A stretch of 64,000 nucleotides of DNA, from assembly GCA_027319905.1 (NCBI GenBank), contig DAHVMJ010000001.1, positions 64,001-128,000 on the forward strand, in the 5' to 3' direction. Positions 19,755 to 29,014 of this stretch are shown here, in pieces. A program made the translations under genes and the position numbers. This stretch comes from Candidatus Micrarchaeota archaeon (lineage in GTDB: Archaea > Micrarchaeota > Micrarchaeia > Micrarchaeales > CABMGC01). Below the pieces are notes generated by a model. That model was given only the letters and a program-made list of their open reading frames with translations. It was not told the origin of the DNA and searched no databases. The first letter of the stretch is position 1; the number at the start of each line of letters is the position of its first letter.

Positions 19755-20642
19755 ATGCGCGGAAAAAGATCTCAGTCTGCGATGGAGTATCTGATGACCT
19801 ACGGGTGGGCAATTCTCATAATCGCGGTCGTGCTGGGTGCACTATTTCAGCTTGGCGTCTTCAACGCAGGAACGTTCGCTCCGCGGGCTCCGCCAGGAGC
19901 CTGCCAGGTATTCAGGCCTAACGGCCCGGGCAGCACTCAGTTCATCAACCTCGAAGGAGTGTGCAACGGAGAGCTGCCGCAGTACGTGGCCTATTTCAAC
20001 GGGTACGCAAGCATTAGCGTGGATCCCCTCGCGGACGCGCCCCAGGGGAACGCTCACCATTCGGTTTTCTTTTGGATAGATCCGCAGTTTATTGGGAGCA
20101 GTAGCTATGTATATGAAACCCAGCTGGGAGGCTGCACTAGCAGCGGAGGTTACTACAACCAATCGGTACTGACGCTTAGCGGCAACTCGAACGGAGGCAC
20201 GCTTGGGTTCGACGGTTGTTATAATAACGGCGGCAGCGGCTTACAGGTGAACCTTAACACATGGATATTTGTGGGCTACACTTGGAATGGTGTGACTCTT
20301 GATGAGTATGCCAATACAAACAATCACACAATGAATCTTAACGCAGAGACCATCTACCCTGCACGCTTCACGTTCCAATTCAGCACCGGATGCTGCTCCG
20401 GTGGCGGAAATTTCAAAGGGTACGTCGCCAATTTGCAGATTTATAACTATACAGTGACCCCAAAAGAAGTTAATGCGTTATATTTAGAGGGAGTTGGGGG
20501 CGCTCCGATAAGGCTACAACGACTTGTTGCGTGGTGGCCTCTCAACGGAAACGCGAACGATTACTCTGGCAATAACAACAACGGTGTGCCAAACGGAGTA
20601 ACGTACACGAACCAGTGGGCTTCCGGCTACACGCCTCCTTAG
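19755..20642 (+). CDS. Type IV pilin-like LamG surface protein, paralog 3
   Basis: KRSQ-SAMEYLMTYGWAILII; same C-terminal WWPLNGNANDYSG...GYTPP block. Confidence 0.85.
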   Translation: MRGKRSQSAMEYLMTYGWAILIIAVVLGALFQLGVFNAGTFAPRAPPGACQVFRPNGPGSTQFINLEGVCNGELPQYVAYFNGYASISVDPLADAPQGNAHHSVFFWIDPQFIGSSSYVYETQLGGCTSSGGYYNQSVLTLSGNSNGGTLGFDGCYNNGGSGLQVNLNTWIFVGYTWNGVTLDEYANTNNHTMNLNAETIYPARFTFQFSTGCCSGGGNFKGYVANLQIYNYTVTPKEVNALYLEGVGGAPIRLQRLVAWWPLNGNANDYSGNNNNGVPNGVTYTNQWASGYTPP

Positions 20643-20659
20643 GCTCACAATAAAATAAG

Positions 20660-21952
20660 TCAGGGTGTAAGCCTGTTTCTATCCCTGGGAAAGAGCGATG
20701 CTTCTCTTATATTCTGCGCCTCAACAACTTTCATCGTGAACCTTTCCAGTCCTATGCTCCACCCAGCGTGCGGAGGCGCGCCGTACTTGAACGCGTTAAT
20801 GTATGATTCGAAGTCTCTTGGGTTGAGCCCCTTCTTCTCCAGCGACTTGACGAGAAGCTCGGGCTTGTGTATACGCTGCGCCCCGCTGCATATCTCCAAT
20901 CCCTTGTACAGCAGGTCGTAGCTGTCCGTGAGTTCCGGGTTGTCGGCCTTCGGCATCGAATAGAAGGCGCGCAGGCTTGTTGGGAAGTCCCTCACTATCA
21001 CGGCGTCGCCGAAGAGCTTCTGCAGGCCCTGCTCTTGGTCCCTGGATATGTCGTGCCCGAACTCTATCGTGTGGCCTTTCTTCTTCAGCGCTTCTATCGC
21101 TTCCGTGTATGTTACCCTCTTGAACCTCGGCACCTTGAGCTTTGCGCCGAGCTGTTCGAGCTCCTCCTTGTTCTTCTTCCTGACCTGCTTGACCATATGA
21201 GCAACAACACTCTCGAGCATGCCGATTGCGTCGTCCGAGCTTGCAAACCCCATCTCTATATCCATCTGCGTGGACTCGGTTATGTGATACGTGGTGTTTG
21301 ATTTCTCGGCTCTGAACACAGGCACGACCATCATCACCTTGTCCAGCCCCCCGATAACTGCGAGCTGCTTGTACAGCTGCGGAGACTGCGCGAGATACGC
21401 CTCGCGCTCGAAGTATTTCACGCTGAAGAGGTCTGAGCCGCCCTCGCTCGCCTCTGATATTATCGACGGTGTGCGTATCTCCTCGAAGCCGTTCTTGGAC
21501 AGGAACTCGCGGAAGGCTCCGAGTATCGTGGACTCTATCTTGAAGATCGCGCTTGATTCTATCCTGCGAAGGTCTATGTATCTGTAGTTCAGCCTGACGT
21601 CTATCTCCGCGGGCACCTTGCCCGTTACCTCAAATGGTATTTTCTCCTGGAGCGGATTCAGGTTTTCTATGCTGCTCGGCACTATCTCGAATCCTTTCTT
21701 CGCTTCGGCGTTGGCAACGATCTTGCCGACTACGCGGAGCACGCTCTCCTTGGGCACGGACATGCTCTTGATTAATGAATCTGAGACAGCGCCCTTCTTG
21801 CCGACTACCTGCACTATGCCGGTCTTGTCCCTGAGGATAAGGAAGGTTATGTTGGACGTCTCGCGCACCTCGTGCGCCCATCCGGCGAGCGCCACTTCCT
21901 GTCCGTCCATCTCGTTGCTCAGTTGTCCTATGTAGTGTGTCCTTAGCATCAA
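20660..21952 (-). CDS. aspS: Aspartate-tRNA ligase (archaeal type)
   Basis: OB anticodon domain, YLAQSPQLYKQ, FRAE, SGAQRIH, GLER, FPRD. Confidence 0.95.
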   Translation of the reverse strand: MMLRTHYIGQLSNEMDGQEVALAGWAHEVRETSNITFLILRDKTGIVQVVGKKGAVSDSLIKSMSVPKESVLRVVGKIVANAEAKKGFEIVPSSIENLNPLQEKIPFEVTGKVPAEIDVRLNYRYIDLRRIESSAIFKIESTILGAFREFLSKNGFEEIRTPSIISEASEGGSDLFSVKYFEREAYLAQSPQLYKQLAVIGGLDKVMMVVPVFRAEKSNTTYHITESTQMDIEMGFASSDDAIGMLESVVAHMVKQVRKKNKEELEQLGAKLKVPRFKRVTYTEAIEALKKKGHTIEFGHDISRDQEQGLQKLFGDAVIVRDFPTSLRAFYSMPKADNPELTDSYDLLYKGLEICSGAQRIHKPELLVKSLEKKGLNPRDFESYINAFKYGAPPHAGWSIGLERFTMKVVEAQNIREASLFPRDRNRLTP

Positions 21953-21956
21953 AGCA

Positions 21957-22478
21957 CTACTTCTTGTCCGGCATCTGCCCCTTCTTTTCGAGCAGCCTCT
22001 TGCCCAGCTCTTCGCGCCTCTTCATCTGTTCCTTTATCTTCTCGAAATCCTCGGGTTTGAGCACCCTGTTCAGCACATAGTTGCTGTAGTCCAGCGATAC
22101 CTGCGCCATGTTCAGGAGCAGGGCCTGCAGATCTGCGGGCTTGAGCACGTAGTCTCTGGTTGGCTTGAGTATCTCCACTCCCGCGGGCGTAAAATCAAAC
22201 ATCACCTTCATCAAAGGCCATATGCTGGCAAAGAGCGCGGTTACCTGCGCGCTTGTCGAGAACGTGTCCTTGAGCTTGACCGGCTCATCTATGCCTCCAA
22301 AGCAGTAGACCACGCCCTCGGTCTTCAGCAGGCGGTTGTTTATAAGGTCGACCATAAGCGGCTGAAGGTCCTCTTGCTTTTCGCTCTCCATGTCGAAGTA
22401 GAGCTGCACCAGCAGACCGCCTTTCTCCAGCGTGCGCTGCGTCATCTCTTCCACCTCCTTCTTTCCCTCGTTGGCCAT
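21957..22478 (-). CDS. Conserved hypothetical protein between hisS and aspS
   Basis: 173-aa ORF tightly packed in operon. Confidence 0.75.
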   Translation of the reverse strand: MANEGKKEVEEMTQRTLEKGGLLVQLYFDMESEKQEDLQPLMVDLINNRLLKTEGVVYCFGGIDEPVKLKDTFSTSAQVTALFASIWPLMKVMFDFTPAGVEILKPTRDYVLKPADLQALLLNMAQVSLDYSNYVLNRVLKPEDFEKIKEQMKRREELGKRLLEKKGQMPDKK

Positions 22479-22482
22479 GCGC

Positions 22483-23754
22483 TCACTTCAGTTTTTCTAT
22501 TGCCTCTTGTATGCTAATAAGCTCTTCTTCTCCGCTCTCCATATTTCTCAATTTCGTCTTGCTCGCCTCCCGCTCCTTGTCTCCCATAATCAGCACCCAG
22601 CCTATGCCGAGTGAAGATGCGTACTCGAGCTGCTTTGAGATGTTCCTGTCGCCCACGTTCATGTCAACATACACGCCGCTGCCGCGCAGAGCTGTGGCCG
22701 CGGAAAGCGCGTATTCCCTGTTCTGCTGGCCGATATAGGCGACAAATGCTTTTGCGTATGTTTTTCTCTGCTTCTGCCCGTTAAGGATGTCGAAGATTCT
22801 GCTTACGCCGAGCGAAGATCCTGTGGCCGGCGTGCTTTTCTTTGAGTAGAGGCCGATTAGGTTGTCGTACCTGCCTCCGCTACCTATGCTAGGCAGGCGT
22901 TTGCCGTCTTCTTCTACTGCGAACTCCCAGACGAAGCCGGTGTAATAGTCGAAGCCGCGGGCGAGAGTCATATCGAATACTATTCTGCCGTTGAGCTTGT
23001 ATGCTGACAGAAGCGCGAGCAGTTCCTGCATCTTTTCCACCGCGTCTTTGGCGCCCTCGATGTTTGCCGAAACGCGCTGCAGTTTCTCTTCGTTGCTGCC
23101 CGCCTGTTCGACGAATCCCAGAAGCTTCTCTGCAGACTGGTCCGCGGGGGCGAGCGCTGAGAGCTGTGCAAGCGCCTCGTCTTTTTTAATCTTCTGGAGC
23201 TTGTCCAGTATCCTGATCGCCTGGGTCTCCTTGTCGGCTGGAACGCCGAAACCGAGTATCACCTGTTTGAGCAGAGTGCGGCTGTTTACCAGGACAACGT
23301 AGTTCCTGATTCCAAGCTCTTCTACCCCCATCGCTGCTGCCGCGATGACCTCGGCGTCGCTCTCGGCTTCGGAGCTGCCCACTATGTCAACGTCTGCCTG
23401 CACAAACTCTCTGTACCTCATCTTCTGCGGCTCGTCTCTCCTCCAGGCGTTGCCTATCTGGTACCTCTTGAACGGCAGGACAAGGTCCTTGTTGGCCGCA
23501 ACATACCGCGCCAGCGGCACGGTGAGGTCATACCTCAGTCCCGTCTGTTCGTCCTTCATAACAAAGATTTCTTTCGTAGGTTCGTCTCCGTATGCCTTTG
23601 AGTTGAGCGTGCTCATGTTCTCCATGGCTGGGGTCTCGAGAGGGTAGAAGCCGAAACGTTTGAAAACTTCCTCCACAACATCGCAGATGTACCTCAGGGA
23701 TATGGCTTCGGCTGGAGAGAAGTCTCTTACTCCGCGGGGCATATCCTCGGGCAA
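22483..23754 (-). CDS. hisS: Histidine-tRNA ligase
   Basis: PRGVRD, LRYDLTVPLAR, REFVQADVD, LARGFDYYTG, GGRYD. Confidence 0.97.
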   Translation of the reverse strand: MPEDMPRGVRDFSPAEAISLRYICDVVEEVFKRFGFYPLETPAMENMSTLNSKAYGDEPTKEIFVMKDEQTGLRYDLTVPLARYVAANKDLVLPFKRYQIGNAWRRDEPQKMRYREFVQADVDIVGSSEAESDAEVIAAAAMGVEELGIRNYVVLVNSRTLLKQVILGFGVPADKETQAIRILDKLQKIKKDEALAQLSALAPADQSAEKLLGFVEQAGSNEEKLQRVSANIEGAKDAVEKMQELLALLSAYKLNGRIVFDMTLARGFDYYTGFVWEFAVEEDGKRLPSIGSGGRYDNLIGLYSKKSTPATGSSLGVSRIFDILNGQKQRKTYAKAFVAYIGQQNREYALSAATALRGSGVYVDMNVGDRNISKQLEYASSLGIGWVLIMGDKEREASKTKLRNMESGEEELISIQEAIEKLK

Positions 23755-23884
23755 AAACTCACAGATTAGCTTTGGAGGTTAGCAAATAAAGAACTATCCT
23801 ATCTCTGCAACGCAGAAGGGCGAGAATCTCTGGCCGCGAGAACGACCGCCTGTTCCGCCATAGCCAGCAATCCGGCTTGCCTGC

Positions 23885-24202
23885 CTAGAGGTTGCTGTCG
23901 AGCCACTTCTTGAACTCGATTTTTGGCACAGCGCCGACAGACATCGCCTTTACCTCCCCTTTCTCGAAAAGCAGAGCCGTTGGTATGCTCATTATGTTGT
24001 ACTGCGCCGCTATGTCCTGGTTGTCATCTGTGTTGAGCTTCACGAACTTGACCTTCCCCTCGTACTCCTTCGATACTGCTTCGAGCACGGGAGTGAATAT
24101 CCTGCACGGCCCACACCACGGAGCCCAGTTGTCCACAACTACAGGTATCTTAGATTTTAGAACTTCGGCATCAAAATCCGCAGAGTTTACGTCTTTCACC
24201 AA
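23885..24202 (-). CDS. trxA: Thioredoxin
   Basis: WAPWCGPC, SIPT. Confidence 0.95.
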   Translation of the reverse strand: MVKDVNSADFDAEVLKSKIPVVVDNWAPWCGPCRIFTPVLEAVSKEYEGKVKFVKLNTDDNQDIAAQYNIMSIPTALLFEKGEVKAMSVGAVPKIEFKKWLDSNL

Positions 24203-24372
24203 AAAATCACGGATTAGTTTTATGCTGCTAAAAGTATTTATTGCTTAGTGCGCTTTATCGTTTTAATCTTCCCGTTTTCCGAGAGAGGCTGAAACGTATT
24301 AAAGGTTGTGCGTACCAAATAAATTAGTGATGAACTCTCTTCTGATTCGTGATGAAGATCTTGAGTGCTGAA

Positions 24373-24594
24373 ATGGCAACCATACCTACGCAGGCCATAA
24401 AGAGGATGGTGTTACATTCATTCGGGCTGAAAATAACTGATGACGCTGCCCGCGCCATGGCGCAAGAGCTTGAGAGGAAGGCGAAGAGGATATCCAGGTT
24501 TGCGGTAAGCAACGCGAAGAAGGAGAAGAGGAACAAGGTTACAAAGAAGGACATCGAAGAGTATGTGATGAAGATTGGTTTGGATGAGGATTAA
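24373..24594 (+). CDS. Archaeal histone (histone-fold protein)
   Basis: IP.QAIKR...KITDDA...A..AK..KRNKVTKKDI histone-fold pattern. Confidence 0.85.
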   Translation: MATIPTQAIKRMVLHSFGLKITDDAARAMAQELERKAKRISRFAVSNAKKEKRNKVTKKDIEEYVMKIGLDED

Positions 24595-25144
24595 GGCGTA
24601 TAGGAGTCCGGACAAGAGACTGCGCACTGCGAACTTCAGAAGCGCGCAGGGCACCGTGTTCTGCGTCGCTGAGCCGACTGCGTGGGGCACGCTGGTGAGC
24701 AAGTTCAGGATAAGCGGGGAGATGGTGGACAGGGTGGAGAACGAGCGGACCAGGAACGCGACGACAGCGCTGGATATGTACCTGACAGGCTTCGGAACGC
24801 TAGAGGTGGTGGAGACAGACAGGTTTGAACGGGTGAAGGCAAACGCCGTTTGCAGCGCGTGTGGAGGCTCAGACATAGCAAGGGAGCTCGACACGGTTCA
24901 GACAGAGGAGCTGAGAGAGACACCAGTAGTACCAATCTTCTCGTGCACGTCGTGCGGGAGCAGGTTTTGCCTTGTTAGCGACGACTACATAAAGACGCTG
25001 ATATCAAGATACTCGCGCTACATATCAATGGACAAGGGGCAGCAAGCTGGCAACGGCGCGTTCGTGGGATCGGTGAGAGACAATATAATAAGAAGTTTTG
25101 CTTCTCAGAATATAAAGGAGCTTGTGATAAAGGCGACAGCATGA
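24584..25144 (+). CDS. Hypothetical Zn-ribbon protein
   Basis: CSACG and CTSCG pair; overlaps histone stop. Confidence 0.65.
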   Translation: MRIKAYRSPDKRLRTANFRSAQGTVFCVAEPTAWGTLVSKFRISGEMVDRVENERTRNATTALDMYLTGFGTLEVVETDRFERVKANAVCSACGGSDIARELDTVQTEELRETPVVPIFSCTSCGSRFCLVSDDYIKTLISRYSRYISMDKGQQAGNGAFVGSVRDNIIRSFASQNIKELVIKATA

Positions 25145-25377
25145 CCATAACCGTGTCGGAACTTTACGGGAAAAAGATAATATCTGGGACGGGCCACTGG
25201 ATAGGCGAGGTTGGAGAGGTCGTGATAGACCTGGAGAACGGTGCGGTATCGCATCTGCTGCTCGGGAAGATAGATGCGGCAAACGCCGGGGATATGATAA
25301 GGAGCCTGTTCAAGAACGGGATCGAGTACAAGCGCGTGAAGAAAGTTGCGGATACTGTGCTCGTAAGCGGAAGCTAA
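25141..25377 (+). CDS. PRC-barrel protein (CdpB-like)
   Basis: SELYGKKI...G..IGEV.EVVID...G.V; I.Y..V..V.D.VLV. Confidence 0.85.
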   Translation: MTITVSELYGKKIISGTGHWIGEVGEVVIDLENGAVSHLLLGKIDAANAGDMIRSLFKNGIEYKRVKKVADTVLVSGS

Positions 25378-25384
25378 CAAGCAC

Positions 25385-25519
25385 CTAATCAGTTGGAACT
25401 TCCTTTGCCAAAGAGGATCTCTTTTTCCCCAGCACCCTGTAGCCACAGTAGGGGCACCTGACAAAGTTCTTCTCCAGCGCCTTTATCTCTTTCTTACAGT
25501 GCAGACAAACGTATGCCAT
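25385..25519 (-). CDS. rpoP: RNA polymerase subunit P (Rpo12), 44 aa, missing from ORF track
   Basis: Manual translation MAYVCLHCKKEIKALEKNFVRCPYCGYRVLGKKRSSLAKEVPTD; downstream of rpl37ae. Confidence 0.92.
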   Translation of the reverse strand: MAYVCLHCKKEIKALEKNFVRCPYCGYRVLGKKRSSLAKEVPTD

Positions 25520-25523
25520 GTTA

Positions 25524-25892
25524 TCACTTCTCCTGCTTCTTCGCTGACTTGAGCCACTTTATGAACTCTTTGTGCAGCTCTGAAGCGCTAGTATCTATCA
25601 CCTTCACGTTCATTGTTGACTTGTACTCTGCGGATTCGAAGGTTATAACGGGCGTATACTTGTCCATCTTGGTAAAATGAACTTCCAGCCAGTGGATCCT
25701 GCCCTTCAGGTACTCCTTGATCACCTCATCGGTCATTGGCACGGAAGAGAAGCTGAAGAGTATGCCGGAGCACCAGTAGAGGGGCATGTTTCCCGCTGGA
25801 GTGATTCTTTCGAGCAGAAGGTCGTCCTTTGTCACCTCAATGGCCTCGTGTATGACGAGTTCCGTGGCTGGAGAGAAAAGTATCTTGACCAT
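25524..25892 (-). CDS. Hypothetical protein between rpl37ae and rpoP
   Basis: 122-aa ORF, start overlaps rpl37ae stop. Confidence 0.75.
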   Translation of the reverse strand: MVKILFSPATELVIHEAIEVTKDDLLLERITPAGNMPLYWCSGILFSFSSVPMTDEVIKEYLKGRIHWLEVHFTKMDKYTPVITFESAEYKSTMNVKVIDTSASELHKEFIKWLKSAKKQEK

Positions 25893-26146
25893 TATTCACC
25901 CTTCTTCAGCTGGCCGAGCAGCCTTTCAACGGTTCTGCCAGCTTCGGTCTTTAGGCTGTAGGCTCCTCCGGCGAAGATCGCGCCACAGTGCTTGCACTTC
26001 CATATGCCGGTGCTCATCCTTTTCACCGCGGTTCTGCCGCAGACATCGCAAACGTAGAGGGTCTTCTTCTCCTTCGATACCGCAAGGTACCTCTTTCTGA
26101 GGTTCACCCCGTATCTTATGCTCCAGTTTGCCAAATCATTCACCAA
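25892..26146 (-). CDS. rpl37ae: 50S ribosomal protein L37Ae (eL43)
   Basis: RYG..LRK, CDVCG, TGIWKCKHCG.IFAGGAY. Confidence 0.95.
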   Translation of the reverse strand: MVNDLANWSIRYGVNLRKRYLAVSKEKKTLYVCDVCGRTAVKRMSTGIWKCKHCGAIFAGGAYSLKTEAGRTVERLLGQLKKGE

Positions 26147-26915
26147 CAGCGCTGTCCAACATGCTCCTTAGACGCTTAGAGTTATCAAACGTTGTGTCTA
26201 TCAGGTTGGATAGCTCGGCGTAGCTGAAAGACCCGCTGAGCCCCTTTTGCATCGCCCTGATCACGTTCTCGTCGTTTGCTATGGTCAGTCTGCCTGCCAT
26301 TATCCTTTCCTCGTTGGCGTTTGGGTCCAGAAGTATATTTCTGCCTACCTTTGCGAACGTGCAAGAAGTTACCATGCCCTTCGTCTTCAGCTTGCCCAGG
26401 CTTCCCTCCCTTATGACATTGCCGTCCTCATATTTCGGCATGCGCGCGGAAAGCAGCGCGGCTGAGGACGCCAGTGTGCCTGCGTCGAAGAGGTTGCCGT
26501 CGTAGTTAAGCACGTAGATGTCAACGAACGTGCTCCAGACCTTGCCTTCCTCTATGAAGAGCGCGCCGAGGTCCACGACCTCCGCTGCCCTTATGCCTCT
26601 GTCCACCACCCTGGCGAACTCTATGGCCTCGGGGCTCGGGGGCCCGGTTTCATATTCTGCGTTTGCAAGAGGAAGAAGTTCCGCGCCAGTTATGAGCGCG
26701 CCCTCGTTTGGTTTGTCAGGCAACGGATCGCCGACATCAAGCTTCACGCCGACAAGCACTTTGGTGTTGCCTATATCAACCATGGCGGAGCCTTCCGCAT
26801 GCGGTATCTTGCCTATCTCAATCTTTATGTCCCTGTACTGCATCTGCCCGCGTTCGTGTTCGCGCATTCCTTTCCCGAGAAGTCCCAGGATGTATTCCTC
26901 GTTTTCCGCTATCAT
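26136..26915 (-). CDS. rrp42: Exosome subunit Rrp42
   Basis: RNase PH fold: AEGSA.V, ARVVDRGIR, YDGNLFDA. Confidence 0.95.
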   Translation of the reverse strand: MIAENEEYILGLLGKGMREHERGQMQYRDIKIEIGKIPHAEGSAMVDIGNTKVLVGVKLDVGDPLPDKPNEGALITGAELLPLANAEYETGPPSPEAIEFARVVDRGIRAAEVVDLGALFIEEGKVWSTFVDIYVLNYDGNLFDAGTLASSAALLSARMPKYEDGNVIREGSLGKLKTKGMVTSCTFAKVGRNILLDPNANEERIMAGRLTIANDENVIRAMQKGLSGSFSYAELSNLIDTTFDNSKRLRSMLDSAVGE

Positions 26916-26923
26916 GCGATCAC

Positions 26924-27649
26924 CTATCTGTACCTCGCCTCCAGCGCATCGCGCTGTATCTTTGTTATGGTCTCTCCCGCCTTTTTGATCATCTGCAACG
27001 CTGAATCGAACTGCTCCTTGCTCATCGAGCCGTCCATCTGCAGTAGCAGTACCTCGTTGTTCCTTGGTGCTATCGCAACGGGCATGTCCGCGTCTGAGTA
27101 GTTGTCCTCTATCTTGTTGAGGTCAAGGAGTATCAGGTCTCCAGCTTTGCCTGCAGATACGGCGTAGGGTATGTCCTTCATCGGTATGCCGCTGCTCGCT
27201 ACCGCTGCTGCCGCGGCGGTTATCCCGGCTGCCCTCGTGCCGCCATCACTCTGCAGCACCTCTATGAATATGTCTATTTCGCTTCCGGGGAAGTTGTCGA
27301 GAAGTATGACATTTTCGAATACCTCTTTTGTGACCTTAGATATCTCTATTGCGCGCCTGTTCGGCCCTGATCTGCTGTGCTCCTCCAGGGACGAGAAGGG
27401 AGCCATCTGGTACCTGCACTTGATTATTGCTCTGTTTGGGTCCGCGATATGCTTTGGTTGCGCTTCCTTCGGCCCGTACACGGCGGCAAGCACCTTGTTG
27501 TTGCCCCATTCCAGGTACGCTGATCCTTCCGCGTTTTTGAGCGTGCCGACCTCCAACTTTATTGGCCTGAGCTCGTCAGGCACCCTGCCGTCTGTCCTCT
27601 TTCCGTTTATTATTAGTTGCGGTTTTTCTCCTGAACCTCCCATTATCAT
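26924..27649 (-). CDS. rrp41: Exosome subunit Rrp41
   Basis: RTDGR..DELRP, AVYGP, QSDGGTR, LLQMDG. Confidence 0.96.
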   Translation of the reverse strand: MIMGGSGEKPQLIINGKRTDGRVPDELRPIKLEVGTLKNAEGSAYLEWGNNKVLAAVYGPKEAQPKHIADPNRAIIKCRYQMAPFSSLEEHSRSGPNRRAIEISKVTKEVFENVILLDNFPGSEIDIFIEVLQSDGGTRAAGITAAAAAVASSGIPMKDIPYAVSAGKAGDLILLDLNKIEDNYSDADMPVAIAPRNNEVLLLQMDGSMSKEQFDSALQMIKKAGETITKIQRDALEARYR

Positions 27650-28317
27650 CTACCCTTGTTTTCCAGCAGTTCGCTTATCCTTTCTGTGAGCCCACCTACA
27701 TGAGCCTCTTCCTGTATTTTTGCTATGGCCTTCTGCGCCAGCGGTACATCCTCTCCGTTGAGCCAGACTATGCCGTTGAGCCCAACAAGTATGGTGCACT
27801 TGGTGCCCGTCTCAAGCTGCCTCAGCATTGTGCTCTCCTTTCCTATTATCCTTGGCACCTTTGACGGTCTCACCTCGATGAGCTTGCCTCCCGTCAGCCT
27901 CCTCGGCCTGTCGAGTATGAGTATTATCTGGTCAGCCTCGCGCTTCACCTCCTTGACGAATGCACTGACAATGTCGCCCATATGCATTATCTCCCGTCTC
28001 TCCTCATGCCTGCCAAACCTCTCGTCCCTTCCCCCCCTTCCGCCGAATCTCGGCCTCGGAGGCGGCAGTATGAGCCCTCTGAAAGGCGAGTCCATAGAGA
28101 CGGTGTACACGTTGTTCTTAGAGTTCTCTATTATGCCAACAATGAAGTCGCCCTCTCTCGGGTACCAGACGCTCTCCAGGGGTATGAATGCGCCTCTGGA
28201 TTCGTCCATCATGCCTATGACAGTGGCGTACGTCTTGCCGTTCTCCACTATCGCGTTCTCCATCCGGACCGGGGTATCGGATATCTTGTCTCCCGGTAAT
28301 ACTATTTTCATGTTCAC
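27646..28317 (-). CDS. rrp4: Exosome RNA-binding subunit Rrp4
   Basis: IVLPGD, S1 domain, KH motif KVPRIIGK, G.NG.VW. Confidence 0.9.
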   Translation of the reverse strand: MNMKIVLPGDKISDTPVRMENAIVENGKTYATVIGMMDESRGAFIPLESVWYPREGDFIVGIIENSKNNVYTVSMDSPFRGLILPPPRPRFGGRGGRDERFGRHEERREIMHMGDIVSAFVKEVKREADQIILILDRPRRLTGGKLIEVRPSKVPRIIGKESTMLRQLETGTKCTILVGLNGIVWLNGEDVPLAQKAIAKIQEEAHVGGLTERISELLENKGR

Positions 28318-29000
28318 ACACTGACTATTTTTGTAATCGCGCTTCCCTTTGTAGCATTGTTTATCTTGTCAAAGAACTCACTCTGCAGGCCCGCCGGGAA
28401 CTCCAGCGTTACGAAGAGTGACCCGTCGTTGAGCCAGCGCTCTGACTTGAGCCCGTACTGCTTGAGCACGCCGTAGCTTCTGTTCGTGTACTGCGGCGCT
28501 ATGGTGACCTCCATCCTCACCGTGGAGAACTTCAGCGGCAGCTTCATGCTCAGTTTCTTGACTATCTCGTCCACCTGCTCACTTGCAGGCTTGAACGCGT
28601 CCACAGCCACCTTCGTTTCCTTCATCGCCAGCTCTATTCTCTGCGGCGTGTGAGGCGCGTTGGTGCGCGGGTCTATCGCGTTGGTTGCTATTATGTTGAC
28701 TATCTGCCTGTGCTTCTCCTCGAGCAGCTTGCCCCTCTGTTCTGTGGTGAGTGGCACGTTGCCGTGCTTCAGTATCATTCCTGCAATCTTCCCGAGGTCC
28801 TCTGTGTTGAACGCTTTCTTCAGGTTCTCCTGACTCTGCCTGTCTCCCTTGTTAGCGTCCTTGAAGACGTCCTCAACCTCCAGGGCCGAGAGCGGATCGG
28901 GAAGCTTGCCTGTTATGTAATCGTAGGCCTTGTCAGAATCAACAAAGATTTCGAAGCTTTCTCCAGCAACTATGTACTTGGCTATCACAGTCTTAGACAT
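28314..29000 (-). CDS. Ribosome maturation factor SBDS/Sdo1
   Basis: FEI.VD, VFKDANKG, LTTEQR, IDPRT.APH. Confidence 0.93.
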   Translation of the reverse strand: MSKTVIAKYIVAGESFEIFVDSDKAYDYITGKLPDPLSALEVEDVFKDANKGDRQSQENLKKAFNTEDLGKIAGMILKHGNVPLTTEQRGKLLEEKHRQIVNIIATNAIDPRTNAPHTPQRIELAMKETKVAVDAFKPASEQVDEIVKKLSMKLPLKFSTVRMEVTIAPQYTNRSYGVLKQYGLKSERWLNDGSLFVTLEFPAGLQSEFFDKINNATKGSAITKIVSV

Positions 29001-29014
29001 GATTTCACAAACAA

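Noticed and set aside
957..20642. Diversity-generating retroelement acting on the pilin-LamG paralogs
   Set aside because: No reverse transcriptase in the window, no near-identical template/variable repeat pair, and differences are not adenine-specific
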